Below, one piece after another: positions 9,145-18,914 of a stretch of DNA of 64,000 nt (position 1 is its first letter; every line of letters starts with the position of its first letter). The DNA lies in NCBI GenBank assembly GCA_947475205.1, contig CANJNG010000006.1, positions 259 to 64,258 of the forward strand, in the 5' to 3' direction. The stretch is from Bacteroidota bacterium (GTDB taxonomy: Bacteria; Bacteroidota; Bacteroidia; JAIBAJ01). Below the pieces are notes generated by a model. That model was given only the letters and a program-made list of their open reading frames with translations. It ran no database searches and had not been told where the DNA came from. The translations under genes and the position numbers were made by a program.

Positions 9145-11646
9145 ATGAATACTTCAAATTCAGTTTTTGATGAACACACCGTTCTCCATGATTTGGGGCA
9201 TTTTCTTCCTGCTCAAAACCCACTCAAGGACTTTATTCATCACAACACACTTCACGCTTTTCAGCACCTGAAGTTTTTTGAAGGCTTAAAACAAGCGAAT
9301 GAAGTATTTGGCTACAAGGTACTTCTCGACATAAGCGAATACCGAGAGCTTTACAATGTAAAGCGAATCAGAAAAGACATTCTTCAGCAAAAGATTATGG
9401 AGAAGAAAGGAAAGGAAAACCTGGATTCATGGTATAAGAAACTCACACATAGCAACTATCCCTTAACCTGGTCCCCAAGGATTGGAAATTTAAGAGCAAG
9501 TTGGAAACGAGAATATTTCATCGACCTTGATTTGATTGTGCAACCTGCACTGTTTCGCACCCTTTGCAGCTATTTGGATCAGGGAATTTCTATCTGGAAT
9601 TTCCCAATTCCCGATTTGGGCTTGATGGCCTCTATTCGTGAATTGGAGCGAAATAGCTATGTGAGTTTCTTTAAAACCCAGCGGGCGAGAGATTTGATGT
9701 TGGCCAACGAAAGTTCCATTACCGATTTACTGAAAATATTGGTTGGCGACGAAACACTTTATTCCCACTACCTCTTCGATCAGCAATTTTCGCATCAGGG
9801 TTGGTCGGGAATGGTAGCCTCCATTGAACGCGAACCGGCAAGTTTGCTCGATACCAAAAAGGTTACCCTTCACGATTTAGTGCTGTTTGAGCTGCTTTTA
9901 GAAATTGATGCCCTCGACAATAAATTTGGGAAAGTATGGGCTCCATTGGCCAATGTAATTAAAGAAAAGCCGCTCGATTTGTTTGCCCCAATTGTGCAAT
10001 CCGAATTGAGCGAAGTGCTTGAAATATGGCAAAATGCTTTTGAATGGACATATTATGACCAAGTATTGGCTGGGCTGCAAGTAAAGACTACACCATCGAA
10101 AACCCCCGAATCAAAAAGTTTCCAGGCGTTTTTCTGTATTGATGACAGGGAATGTTCTCTTCGCCGCTATTTGGAAAATCTCGACCACAATTGCGAAACC
10201 TTTGGCACTCCAGGTTTTTTTGGCGTAGAGTTCTTTTACCGCCCCGAAGACGGCAAGTTTTTAACCAAACTTTGTCCGGCACCCGTTACACCAAAATACC
10301 TTATAACCGAAGGCGGCAACACCCTAAAGCGTGGCACCGAACCGCATTTCACCAAATATACCCATTCCTTATTGGGCGGAATGCTGGTAACACAAACCCT
10401 CGGTTTTTGGGCTGCTGCTCGTTTAGCATTAAATATTTTCCGTCCATCGGCAAGCACTGCAACGGTGTCTTCGTTCAAGCACATGGACAAGTTTTCTAAC
10501 CTTCAAATCGAGAATAAAAGCTTAGATGATAAGTTTGAAGGCTTGCAGGTTGGCTTCACGGTGGAAGAAATGGCCAACCGGGTAGAAGGTGTTTTGCGAA
10601 CCACCGGATTGTTGCAAGAGTTTGCCGATTTGATTTACATAATAGGTCATGGAAGCAGTAGCGTAAACAATCCTCACTATGCAGCCTACGATTGTGGAGC
10701 CTGCTGTGGTCGTCCGGGTTCGGTGAATGCCCGTGTGTTTTCGTTTATGGCTAATCATTTAGAGGTGCGAAAAGTGTTAGCCGGCCGAGGAATAAACATT
10801 CCAGCCTCCACTCAGTTTTTAGGCGGCTTGCACGATACCACCCGCGACGAAATTGTGTTTTATGATGAAAGTAATTTATCGCCTGAAAATTCAATTACTC
10901 ACCTCAAAAACAATCAAATCTTTCGAAAAGCCCTTGACCTAAACGCCAAAGAACGTTCACGCCGTTTCGAGGCTATCGACACCAAACAGTCGGCATCAAA
11001 AATTCACGAACTCATTCGGCGGAGGTCGGTTTCCTTATTCGAGCCCCGTCCCGAACTCAACCACGCCACCAATGCTCTCTGTATAATTGGCCGCCGTGAT
11101 GTGTCGAAGGGTTTGTTTCTCGACAGGCGTTCGTTTATGAATTCTTACGATTACCGCACCGATGGCAACGGGACTTACCTTTTAAACATAATGCGACCTA
11201 TCGGTCCCGTTTGTGGTGGCATAAACTTGGAATATTTCTTTTCCCGGATGGACAACCAAAAGCTGGGAGCAGGAACCAAACTTCCACACAATGTGATGGG
11301 TTTATTTGGTGTGGCCAACGGCACCGATGGAGATTTAAGACCCGGATTACCCAGCCAGATGATTGAAGTGCATGACCCTGTTAGGCTTTTAGTTATTGTG
11401 GAACATTATCCTGAAGTGGTGCTAAGTGTAATCAGCAAAGAAGCGGCAACCTACGAATGGTTTAAAAATGAATGGGTACATATTGCAGCCATTCATCCAG
11501 AAACCAAAGAGCTATTTGTATTTAATGACGGAATCTTTTCGGCTTACAAACCTTTGACCGAAAACGTGGAATTCATCCAAAATGTAGAGTCGGTAGTTGA
11601 ATTGAATCAGGAAAATTGTCCAGTTTATTGCCTAATTGAAAGCTAA
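9145..11646 (+). CDS. dabA: Inorganic carbon pump subunit DabA (DUF2309/UPF0753; MpsB-like)
   Basis: 'FIHHNTLHAF', Zn-site motifs 'FCIDDRE', 'GHGS', 'DCGACCG', 'HDTTRD', 'RPELNHA'; start moved to ATG 9145. Confidence 0.92.
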   Translation: MNTSNSVFDEHTVLHDLGHFLPAQNPLKDFIHHNTLHAFQHLKFFEGLKQANEVFGYKVLLDISEYRELYNVKRIRKDILQQKIMEKKGKENLDSWYKKLTHSNYPLTWSPRIGNLRASWKREYFIDLDLIVQPALFRTLCSYLDQGISIWNFPIPDLGLMASIRELERNSYVSFFKTQRARDLMLANESSITDLLKILVGDETLYSHYLFDQQFSHQGWSGMVASIEREPASLLDTKKVTLHDLVLFELLLEIDALDNKFGKVWAPLANVIKEKPLDLFAPIVQSELSEVLEIWQNAFEWTYYDQVLAGLQVKTTPSKTPESKSFQAFFCIDDRECSLRRYLENLDHNCETFGTPGFFGVEFFYRPEDGKFLTKLCPAPVTPKYLITEGGNTLKRGTEPHFTKYTHSLLGGMLVTQTLGFWAAARLALNIFRPSASTATVSSFKHMDKFSNLQIENKSLDDKFEGLQVGFTVEEMANRVEGVLRTTGLLQEFADLIYIIGHGSSSVNNPHYAAYDCGACCGRPGSVNARVFSFMANHLEVRKVLAGRGINIPASTQFLGGLHDTTRDEIVFYDESNLSPENSITHLKNNQIFRKALDLNAKERSRRFEAIDTKQSASKIHELIRRRSVSLFEPRPELNHATNALCIIGRRDVSKGLFLDRRSFMNSYDYRTDGNGTYLLNIMRPIGPVCGGINLEYFFSRMDNQKLGAGTKLPHNVMGLFGVANGTDGDLRPGLPSQMIEVHDPVRLLVIVEHYPEVVLSVISKEAATYEWFKNEWVHIAAIHPETKELFVFNDGIFSAYKPLTENVEFIQNVESVVELNQENCPVYCLIES

Positions 11647-13514
11647 TGACTACCTTAATCCATACCCTGATTTTCATTCCGCTGATTGGTTTTCTGGTCA
11701 GTCTGCTTATTCCTCAAAAGCAGGAAAGGCTGCTTTCGGGCGTTGCATTCATCACAATCGGCATCCATTTATTTTCCTTCCTTTCTTTTTTAGTTATATG
11801 GATTTTGAATGGCCACCAAACGCTTGATGTAAAAGACGTTTGCCTGTATCGTTCCAAAGAATATGTATTCTTAATTGACTTCTATTTTGACAAAGTAACG
11901 GCGGCCTATATTTTGGTTGGTGCGTTCCTAACCTTTTTGGTTTCCATATATAGCAGGGCTTATCTGCACCGTGAAGTGGGTTTCAAAAGGTTTTTCAATA
12001 CCATTCTTTTTTTCTATCTGGGTTACAATATCGCCATTTTCGCCGGAAACTTTGAAACGCTTTTTATAGGCTGGGAAATGTTGGGAATATCCTCGTTCTT
12101 GCTCATTGCCTTTTACAAAGACCGCTATTTGCCTGTAAAAAATGCCATAAAAGTTTTCTCTGTTTATCGAATTGGCGATGTGGGTTTGCTCCTGGCAATG
12201 TGGGCTAGCCATCATTTGTGGCACGAAAACATTACGTTTCTCGAAATGCACAACCCGGTATTTGTGAGCGACCATCTGCAAAATCACAGCTTTATCGGGG
12301 TATTTATTTCCCTGATGATACTGGTTACAGCAGCGGCTAAGTCGGCACAGCTTCCATTTTCCTCATGGTTGCCACGAGCGATGGAAGGTCCTACGCCTTC
12401 GAGTGCTATTTTTTATGGTTCCCTGTCGGTGCATTTGGGTGTTTTCCTGCTTTTGCGAACACATCCATTTTGGGAAAACCAAACTTCAGTAAAAATTATT
12501 ATCATATTATTAGGATTAACCACCAGCATTGTTACAACCTTAATTGCTCGTGTTCAGTCCACCGTAAAAAGCCAGATAGCCTATTCGTCCGTTGCACAAA
12601 TCGGGCTTATTTTTATTGAAATTGCTTTTGGCTTCGAAACATTGGCTCTGATTCATTTTGCCGGAAATGCCTTCCTTCGCACCTATCAGTTATTGGTTTC
12701 ACCATCGGTAGTGAGCTACCTCATCCGCGAGCAGTTTTTCAAGTTCACACCCCGCCAACTCACTATCGAAGACACCTTCCCCAAAAGGATAGAATATTCG
12801 GTGTATTTGCTCTCGCTGAAAGAGTTTAACCTAGATGCATTTATGAACCGAATTTTATGGAAGCCCCTAAAAGACACCGGTAAAATGCTCGATTTTCTCA
12901 CCATCAAAAGCCTTATTTGGATATTAGTTCCGGCATATTTGGGCGGTTTGTTCGTTTTATTTTATGAAGATTCATTCCCACCTTTACTTATTGGCTATTT
13001 GCCCACCATGTTTTCATTCATAGCTCTCATTTTTGTTTTGAAAGCTTTTTCGGAGCGTAATAGTGTGCGAATGGCTTGGCTGATGGTGATAATGAACCAT
13101 TTTTGGATTGCCTTGGCTATTTCCTTCAACGAACACTTCGACTACACCGAAATTTTGCTATACCTCAGTGGAATAGTTGTAATGGGGACACTGGGATTGT
13201 TCACCCTTAGAAGATTGAAAACTCAGGAAGAATGTGTGGATCTTAATCAATATCACGGCCATTCATTTGAACATCCCAAACTGGCTTTAATGTTCCTTAT
13301 TTGCAGCTTGGGTCTCACTGGATTCCCGATTACGCCTACGTTTATTGGCGAGGATTTAATCTTCAGCCATATTCATAAACATCAATTCTTATTGGCGTTT
13401 TTTGTTTCGAGTAGCTTTATTATTGATGGTTTGGCGGTTATACGCATCTACACCCGGGTTTTTCTCGGGCCACACAACAAACCCTATCACGAAATACCAT
13501 TTAGATCTTCTTAG
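11646..13514 (+). CDS. dabB: Inorganic carbon pump membrane subunit DabB (NuoL/ND5-like; MpsA-like)
   Basis: 'FIGWEMLGISSFLLI', 'RIGD', 'KSAQLPFSSWLPRAMEGPTPSSA'; TAATG overlap with dabA. Confidence 0.88.
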   Translation: MTTLIHTLIFIPLIGFLVSLLIPQKQERLLSGVAFITIGIHLFSFLSFLVIWILNGHQTLDVKDVCLYRSKEYVFLIDFYFDKVTAAYILVGAFLTFLVSIYSRAYLHREVGFKRFFNTILFFYLGYNIAIFAGNFETLFIGWEMLGISSFLLIAFYKDRYLPVKNAIKVFSVYRIGDVGLLLAMWASHHLWHENITFLEMHNPVFVSDHLQNHSFIGVFISLMILVTAAAKSAQLPFSSWLPRAMEGPTPSSAIFYGSLSVHLGVFLLLRTHPFWENQTSVKIIIILLGLTTSIVTTLIARVQSTVKSQIAYSSVAQIGLIFIEIAFGFETLALIHFAGNAFLRTYQLLVSPSVVSYLIREQFFKFTPRQLTIEDTFPKRIEYSVYLLSLKEFNLDAFMNRILWKPLKDTGKMLDFLTIKSLIWILVPAYLGGLFVLFYEDSFPPLLIGYLPTMFSFIALIFVLKAFSERNSVRMAWLMVIMNHFWIALAISFNEHFDYTEILLYLSGIVVMGTLGLFTLRRLKTQEECVDLNQYHGHSFEHPKLALMFLICSLGLTGFPITPTFIGEDLIFSHIHKHQFLLAFFVSSSFIIDGLAVIRIYTRVFLGPHNKPYHEIPFRSS

Positions 13515-13520
13515 AAACTA

Positions 13521-13907
13521 ATGTCTCGCGAAGTAAAAATATCAGACACCATTTTAAACTCTTCCCAATTCATGGGTAAGGGATTCAAAAGCTGCGTTTT
13601 TATTTTACTGTTGGCTTTCCTTAATGTGATAGCTGCAGCAGCCATGTCGGGGAACGGGTCGGGCTATAAGCCAAAGCCAACTTTTAACAAAAACCCTATT
13701 GGATTAGGTTCATTGTTGGTGTTTGAAGAGGACGAAGAGGATAGAATTGAAGATAACATCCACTTTAGCTTTATTCCGAATAAATATGGAATTGAAAATA
13801 TACATTCCTCTTATTCTTTACATAGGCTAAATCTAGGCTATACCCAAATAGTTCCAAATCATTTCCCAAGGAATATTGTCATTTATTTAAGAAATTTAAG
13901 ACTCTGA
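13521..13907 (+). CDS. Small leader-like protein upstream of sulP (hydrophobic segment, acidic cluster, C-terminal RNLRL)
   Basis: 128 aa; start may be the internal Met at 13572; parallels 8672..9031. Confidence 0.65.
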   Translation: MSREVKISDTILNSSQFMGKGFKSCVFILLLAFLNVIAAAAMSGNGSGYKPKPTFNKNPIGLGSLLVFEEDEEDRIEDNIHFSFIPNKYGIENIHSSYSLHRLNLGYTQIVPNHFPRNIVIYLRNLRL

Positions 13908-13986
13908 TTTTTTGTTGGTCTGCTTCTCGTGCTGCACCATTTTGGTGTTTATTATTCAACAAAAACAGTTTTAAAAATTCAATACA

Positions 13987-15600
13987 ATGAAAAACAATTC
14001 AAAAAGATTTATTCCTGCCGATGGTTTGGAAGGTCTAAAACAAAACTTCTCAAAAGATGCCCTTTCCGGGTTCTTAGTATTCTTATTGGCTTTGCCCCTA
14101 AGTTTGGGTATTGCCAAAGCGTCCGATTTTCCCGCCATATTTGGTTTGGTTACAGCTATCATTGGCGGAGTGGTAGTTAGTTTTTTTGCTGGTTCACGTC
14201 TTACGATTAAAGGACCTGCTGCCGGACTTATCGTTATTGCCAGCGGAGCAGTTTCTGCCTTTGGCGGTGGCGAAATAGGTTGGCACCTTGCCCTTGGAGC
14301 CATAGTGGTGGCCGGGCTTATCCAAATTTTATTCGGGGTGTTTAAATTGGGCAAACTGGCCGATTTCTTCCCGGGTGCTGCTATTCACGGAATGCTTGCA
14401 GCTATCGGTATAATCATAATGAGTAAGCAAATTCACAACCTACTGGGTATCGACCCCAAAATGCTGAAGGGCAAAGAACCACTTGAACTTTTGGCTATGA
14501 TTCCGGAAAGTATTATGCATGAAAATGCCCATGTCACCGAAATTGGTGTGGCTTGTTTGCTCTTACTTATTCTGTTTAGCTTTATCAAGAATCAAAAGAT
14601 AAAGAAAATTCCTGCTCCATTAATAGTGTTGGCGGTTGCTATCCCACTTGGACAGGCTTTGCACATCAAAACTGAAGGTGCCGTTGCCAATTTTGCTTTG
14701 GTGAAAGTGGGTAGCATTTTCGATAGCTTTCAAAACGGATTAATCAATGCTGATTTCTCGGGAATTCAATCTTATATGGGTGTTTTTATTGAATATGTGG
14801 TGCTTTTTTCTTTAATCGGAACGTTGGAGTCCTTGCTTACGGCCAAAGCAATTGATGGAATGGACCCATACAAACGCAAATCTGACTTCAATAAAGATGT
14901 TCTTGCGGTTGGAATTGGAAATACGCTTTCAGGACTTCTTGGAGGCTTGCCTATGATTAGTGAAGTGGCCCGTAGTTCGGCCAACGTTAGTAATGGTGCT
15001 GTTACGCGTTGGGCAAACTTCTTCCATGGGATGTTCCTGCTACTTGCTGTATTATTTGCAGTTTCGTTTATTGAGATGATTCCAAATGCCGCCCTTGCTT
15101 CTATGCTTATTTTTGTGGGATATAAATTGGCTAACCCCAAAGAGTTTATTCACATGTGGCAGATAGGCAAAGAGCAGTTTGTGATTTTCACCACTACAAT
15201 TGTTGTTACCCTCGCCACCGATTTGTTGATTGGTGTTGGTACCGGTATTGTATTAAAATTCATTATCCAATTATTGTATGGCACCCCTATAAAAGATTTT
15301 TTCAAGGTAAATATTAAGGTTTCAAATTCAGATGCTAAAAACTATGTGATGAAGGTAAATGGAGCCTTGGTATTCTCGAATATTATAGGATTGAAAACGA
15401 TATTTGCAACTATACCACAAGGCAAAAATGTTTTGGTAGATGTGAGAAATGCCCCCATTGTGGACCATTCCTCTATTATGGCTTTGAATGGTTTGGTGGA
15501 AGATTACAAAGACGGAGGTGGAACCATAGAAGTGGAAGGTTTCAGCAACCACAAACAACTGGGCCACGCCGCTACCTCTACACGGGTGAGGAAGAGGTAG
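13987..15600 (+). CDS. SulP/SLC26 anion (probably bicarbonate) transporter with C-terminal STAS domain
   Basis: 'SGFLVFLLALPLSLGIA', 'IKGPAAGL', 'GLPMISEVARSSAN', STAS-like tail. Confidence 0.93.
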   Translation: MKNNSKRFIPADGLEGLKQNFSKDALSGFLVFLLALPLSLGIAKASDFPAIFGLVTAIIGGVVVSFFAGSRLTIKGPAAGLIVIASGAVSAFGGGEIGWHLALGAIVVAGLIQILFGVFKLGKLADFFPGAAIHGMLAAIGIIIMSKQIHNLLGIDPKMLKGKEPLELLAMIPESIMHENAHVTEIGVACLLLLILFSFIKNQKIKKIPAPLIVLAVAIPLGQALHIKTEGAVANFALVKVGSIFDSFQNGLINADFSGIQSYMGVFIEYVVLFSLIGTLESLLTAKAIDGMDPYKRKSDFNKDVLAVGIGNTLSGLLGGLPMISEVARSSANVSNGAVTRWANFFHGMFLLLAVLFAVSFIEMIPNAALASMLIFVGYKLANPKEFIHMWQIGKEQFVIFTTTIVVTLATDLLIGVGTGIVLKFIIQLLYGTPIKDFFKVNIKVSNSDAKNYVMKVNGALVFSNIIGLKTIFATIPQGKNVLVDVRNAPIVDHSSIMALNGLVEDYKDGGGTIEVEGFSNHKQLGHAATSTRVRKR

Positions 15601-15638
15601 CGATGGTAATTAGGTTTGATCCCTTGGGAGAGGTCATT

Positions 15639-15864
15639 GCACACACAGGGATGACACCTGCACACGCAGGGATGACACCTGCACACGCAGGGATGACACC
15701 TGCACACGCAGGGATGATACCTGCACACGCAGGGACGATACCTGCACACTCAGGGATGACACCTGCACACGCAGGGATGATACCTGCACACGCAGGGACG
15801 ATACCTGCACACGCAGGGATGATACCTGCAAACGCAGGGACGATACCTGCACACGCAGGGATGA
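15639..15864. repeat. Near-perfect 21-bp tandem array (~10.8 units) of a REP/RPE-like palindrome
   Basis: Unit GCACACGCAGGGATGA(C/T)ACCT; hairpin core CCTGC-ACAC-GCAGG spans unit junctions. Confidence 0.95.
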
Positions 15865-15908
15865 AATCTTCGAGCCTGTTTATAAATAAAAACAACCTTT
15901 TAACAAAA

Positions 15909-17303
15909 ATGAAAAAATTAATCATATCCCTCGGCCTGCTATTCAGCTTCGGGACTGTCTTTTCACAAGTAAAAGACCCATCAGCACCCACACCCGTAAA
16001 GGATAAGGATGCCCTTAAATTTAACATCAGCGAAGATGGCACTCGCTATTTTCAAGCTACTTTCCTAAACCAAACCTGGTTAAGGTGGGACCAAAGCAAC
16101 CCTGGCACTACGGTGATGGGCAAACCTGCCGACAACACTTTTGACATTGGGTTGCGACGAACCCGTATTCAGTTGTTTGGGCAAATAACGCCTCGGGTGT
16201 TTCTTTATTTTCAGTTTGGGCAGAACAATTTCAACTATGCCTTTAATGCTAATAATGGTAACCGCAAACTAGCCGCATTTTTTCACGATGCAGTGTGCGA
16301 ATACAGGCTTAGCAAGCATAATGAGCTAAAAGTTGGCGGTGGACTAACCATTGCCAACGGCCTTTCACGCTTTTCGCAACCGAGCATCGGGACCATTATG
16401 ACCCTGGATGTGCCGGTGTTTATTCAGGCAACCGTGGATCAAACCGATGAATTTTCAAGGAAATTAAGCCTGTATGCTCGCGGACAAATTTGGAAAATAG
16501 ATTATCGCTTTGTACTAAGCGACCCTTTCCCAATTACCTCTAGCGGAATTACACCGGCCAAGTTTGGGGCTAATTCCACCTTTGCACAGTTGGGGCACAA
16601 CAAGCAATATCAAGCCTACCTCACCTACAACTTCTTTGAGATGGAAGGCCACACCACGCCCTATATGACCGGAACTTATCTGGGCAACAAAAAGGTGTGG
16701 AACATTGGCGGAGGGGCTATATTCCAAAACAATGCAATGTGGCAAAAGCAGCCCGCAGGCACTTCAGCTGCCGATACCATTAAATATAACCAAATGCTTC
16801 TGCTTTGTGCCGAAACCTACCTAGATATGCCCATCAAGAAAGACCGTGGCGATGCTATTTCGGCGTATTTCGGCTATTTCAATACCAATTATGGCCACAA
16901 CTATTTGCGGTATAACGGCATTATGAACCCCGCTACAGGCCTCAATACCGATGCTGCCAAAACCGCCATTGCCTCCAATGCCTATGGCAATGCCTTACCC
17001 ATGTTTGGCACCGGGCAAGTAGTGTATTCTCAAGTGGGATACCTGATGCCAAAGAAATGGCTTGGCGATAATGGCGGACAATTGATGCCTTATGCCACTT
17101 GGACGTATGCCTGCTACGATAGATTGGCTAAATTGCCTATAAATACCTATGCTATTGGACTAAACTGGTTCATCAAAGGCCACAAAGCAAAGATGACCCT
17201 CGATTATCAGAATCGCCCAACCTATAGTAGCGATAGTGGAGGTAATATCATTTTCGGTCCACGCAAAAGTTGCTTGACTTTGCAGTATCAGATTTTTATT
17301 TAA
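15909..17303 (+). CDS. Putative outer-membrane porin (beta-barrel)
   Basis: Signal peptide MKKLIISLGLLFSFGTVFSQ at 15909; amphipathic strands, 'GLRRTRIQL', C-terminal 'TLQYQIFI'. Confidence 0.75.
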   Translation: MKKLIISLGLLFSFGTVFSQVKDPSAPTPVKDKDALKFNISEDGTRYFQATFLNQTWLRWDQSNPGTTVMGKPADNTFDIGLRRTRIQLFGQITPRVFLYFQFGQNNFNYAFNANNGNRKLAAFFHDAVCEYRLSKHNELKVGGGLTIANGLSRFSQPSIGTIMTLDVPVFIQATVDQTDEFSRKLSLYARGQIWKIDYRFVLSDPFPITSSGITPAKFGANSTFAQLGHNKQYQAYLTYNFFEMEGHTTPYMTGTYLGNKKVWNIGGGAIFQNNAMWQKQPAGTSAADTIKYNQMLLLCAETYLDMPIKKDRGDAISAYFGYFNTNYGHNYLRYNGIMNPATGLNTDAAKTAIASNAYGNALPMFGTGQVVYSQVGYLMPKKWLGDNGGQLMPYATWTYACYDRLAKLPINTYAIGLNWFIKGHKAKMTLDYQNRPTYSSDSGGNIIFGPRKSCLTLQYQIFI

Positions 17304-17637
17304 TAGACTTGAATAAGTGTTAACTAACTAACACTGTAACGTGAATTGAATGAATACTTTCACTTTCTAGTCAATGCTAATATTATTTCCTGATGTTAAT
17401 GATATTGAAGAATTAAATCAGTTCTATTCGCCATTTCAAATTTTTCGGGAATCCAAACGCATTTGGGTATATTTATTGAATAGGCCATGCCAATACAGCA
17501 ACACAGGTGAAGAAATAAAAACAAAGATTACAAAATATACTTTTGAAGTACTCCCACCAAAATCAAACCTGCGATTCCTTTGTTGAGTGCATATATAAAA
17601 TCATTGAAGTAACCTTGATCCCATCATTGACTCCCCC

Positions 17638-18039
17638 CTACTTTATCTCCTGACAAAGCTCTATCAGCACACCAGAGCTATCTTTTGGGTGAACAAAACA
17701 CACTAATTTATTGTCTGCTCCTTTAAACGGTTCACTTCTAAGCAATGTAAAGCCTTCGCTTTTTAGCCTTTCCATTTCCTTTACGATATCATCAACATCG
17801 AAAGCAATGTGATGTAGTCCTTCACCACGCTTTTCAATAAATTTAGCGATGGCACTATCGGGATTTGTGGCTTCGAGCAACTCAATTTTATTTGTACCAA
17901 CTCCAAAGAAACTGGTATTTACCCCCTCAGAGGCTACCGATTCTGTTTTGTATGGAGCTTCACCCAATAGTTTGGTATAAATATCGTTTCCTTTTTCAAG
18001 GCTTTTTACGGCAATGCCGATATGTTCAATTTTATTCAT
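17638..18039 (-). CDS. mce: Methylmalonyl-CoA epimerase
   Basis: 'IEHIGIAV', 'GEGLHHIAF', 'FVHPKDSSGVLIELCQ'; start 18039 or 18042. Confidence 0.93.
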   Translation of the reverse strand: MNKIEHIGIAVKSLEKGNDIYTKLLGEAPYKTESVASEGVNTSFFGVGTNKIELLEATNPDSAIAKFIEKRGEGLHHIAFDVDDIVKEMERLKSEGFTLLRSEPFKGADNKLVCFVHPKDSSGVLIELCQEIK

Positions 18040-18059
18040 CATACGATAAAAGTATTTAT

Positions 18060-18092
18060 AAAAAAAATGCCAACCCGTTTTGGGTTGGCATT
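18060..18092 (-). terminator. Intrinsic terminator after 18111..18914
   Basis: AATGCCAACCC stem with GGGTTGGCATT and a T-run on the minus strand. Confidence 0.75.
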
Positions 18093-18110
18093 TCAAAGTA
18101 AGCAAAATGT

Positions 18111-18914
18111 TTACTTTTTAAATGTTCCTGTTTTATTGTCGTAGTTGAGGTAGTAAGTGCCTTTTTCAAGTTTAGAAACATTTGCACTTCCGGCCAAGCC
18201 TTTATCTACAATATTACCAAAAGAGTTATAAATTTCATACAATGTTTTGTCTGAGAATCTAATTTCATCAGCAGCTTTTTTGCCTTCACCAGGAGTCCAA
18301 GTGATTTCGGGCAGTGGTGAGCGGAACTTAGATTCCATGGAGTAACGGGGTTTCCCTGTTCCGTCCACTTGTTTCAAGCGGAAACGATTTTCGCCGCTAT
18401 GAATTGTGGTTATAGTATGGGTGTAATCTGTAGAAGTCGGGATTCCTTTTCCTTCAAATTCGCCAACATTTACCCATTTGTTCCAACGAAACTGCTCAAT
18501 ATAAAAAGTCAATTTTCCTACTTCACCTTTGGTTGTAACGTTTAGTGTTCCGTTTGGGCTAACTTTCATTGCTTCAACCTCAAATGTACTCATTGGTTTA
18601 AGCACTTCAGGGTTCAAAACCTTTGGCTTACACTCATCTTTGTGTTTGATTTTAACCTCAACTTTAGCCCCTAAAGGAAGCTGAAAAAATGAGAAATCCA
18701 CTTCAAAAGCACTTGACTGAATCTCGTCAGTAGTAACTTTTCCGTTAATCTGAACCTCATAAGTGCAGAAACCAACACCCGAAGATGCAAATGGGTTTTG
18801 AATATAAAGATTCTTACCCTGATAGTTTCCCTCGATGGTAATTACACCCGCAAATGCTTGAGAAACAAGCATGGAGAAAGAAACAAAAGCGGCGAATTTT
18901 AGTTTATTGAACAT
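18111..18914 (-). CDS. Secreted hypothetical protein (beta-rich, T9SS-CTD-like tail)
   Basis: Signal peptide; C-terminal 'YEIYNSFGNIVDKG...NVSKLEKGTYYL'. Confidence 0.65.
   Translation of the reverse strand: MFNKLKFAAFVSFSMLVSQAFAGVITIEGNYQGKNLYIQNPFASSGVGFCTYEVQINGKVTTDEIQSSAFEVDFSFFQLPLGAKVEVKIKHKDECKPKVLNPEVLKPMSTFEVEAMKVSPNGTLNVTTKGEVGKLTFYIEQFRWNKWVNVGEFEGKGIPTSTDYTHTITTIHSGENRFRLKQVDGTGKPRYSMESKFRSPLPEITWTPGEGKKAADEIRFSDKTLYEIYNSFGNIVDKGLAGSANVSKLEKGTYYLNYDNKTGTFKK

Noticed and set aside
11646-13514. nuoL of respiratory complex I
   Set aside because: It is translationally coupled to DUF2309 with no nuoK/M/N around, so DabB fits better.
15639-15864. CRISPR array
   Set aside because: Units are contiguous with no unique spacers, and no cas genes are in the window.
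15504-16042. Minus-strand repeat ORFs (CRCHPCV, IPACAGI, QVSSLRV)
   Set aside because: By-products of a stop-free 21-bp repeat; they overlap sulP and the porin antisense.
17374-17586. 70-aa ORF in the AT-rich gap after the porin
   Set aside because: No recognisable motif or expression signals; cannot be supported as a gene.
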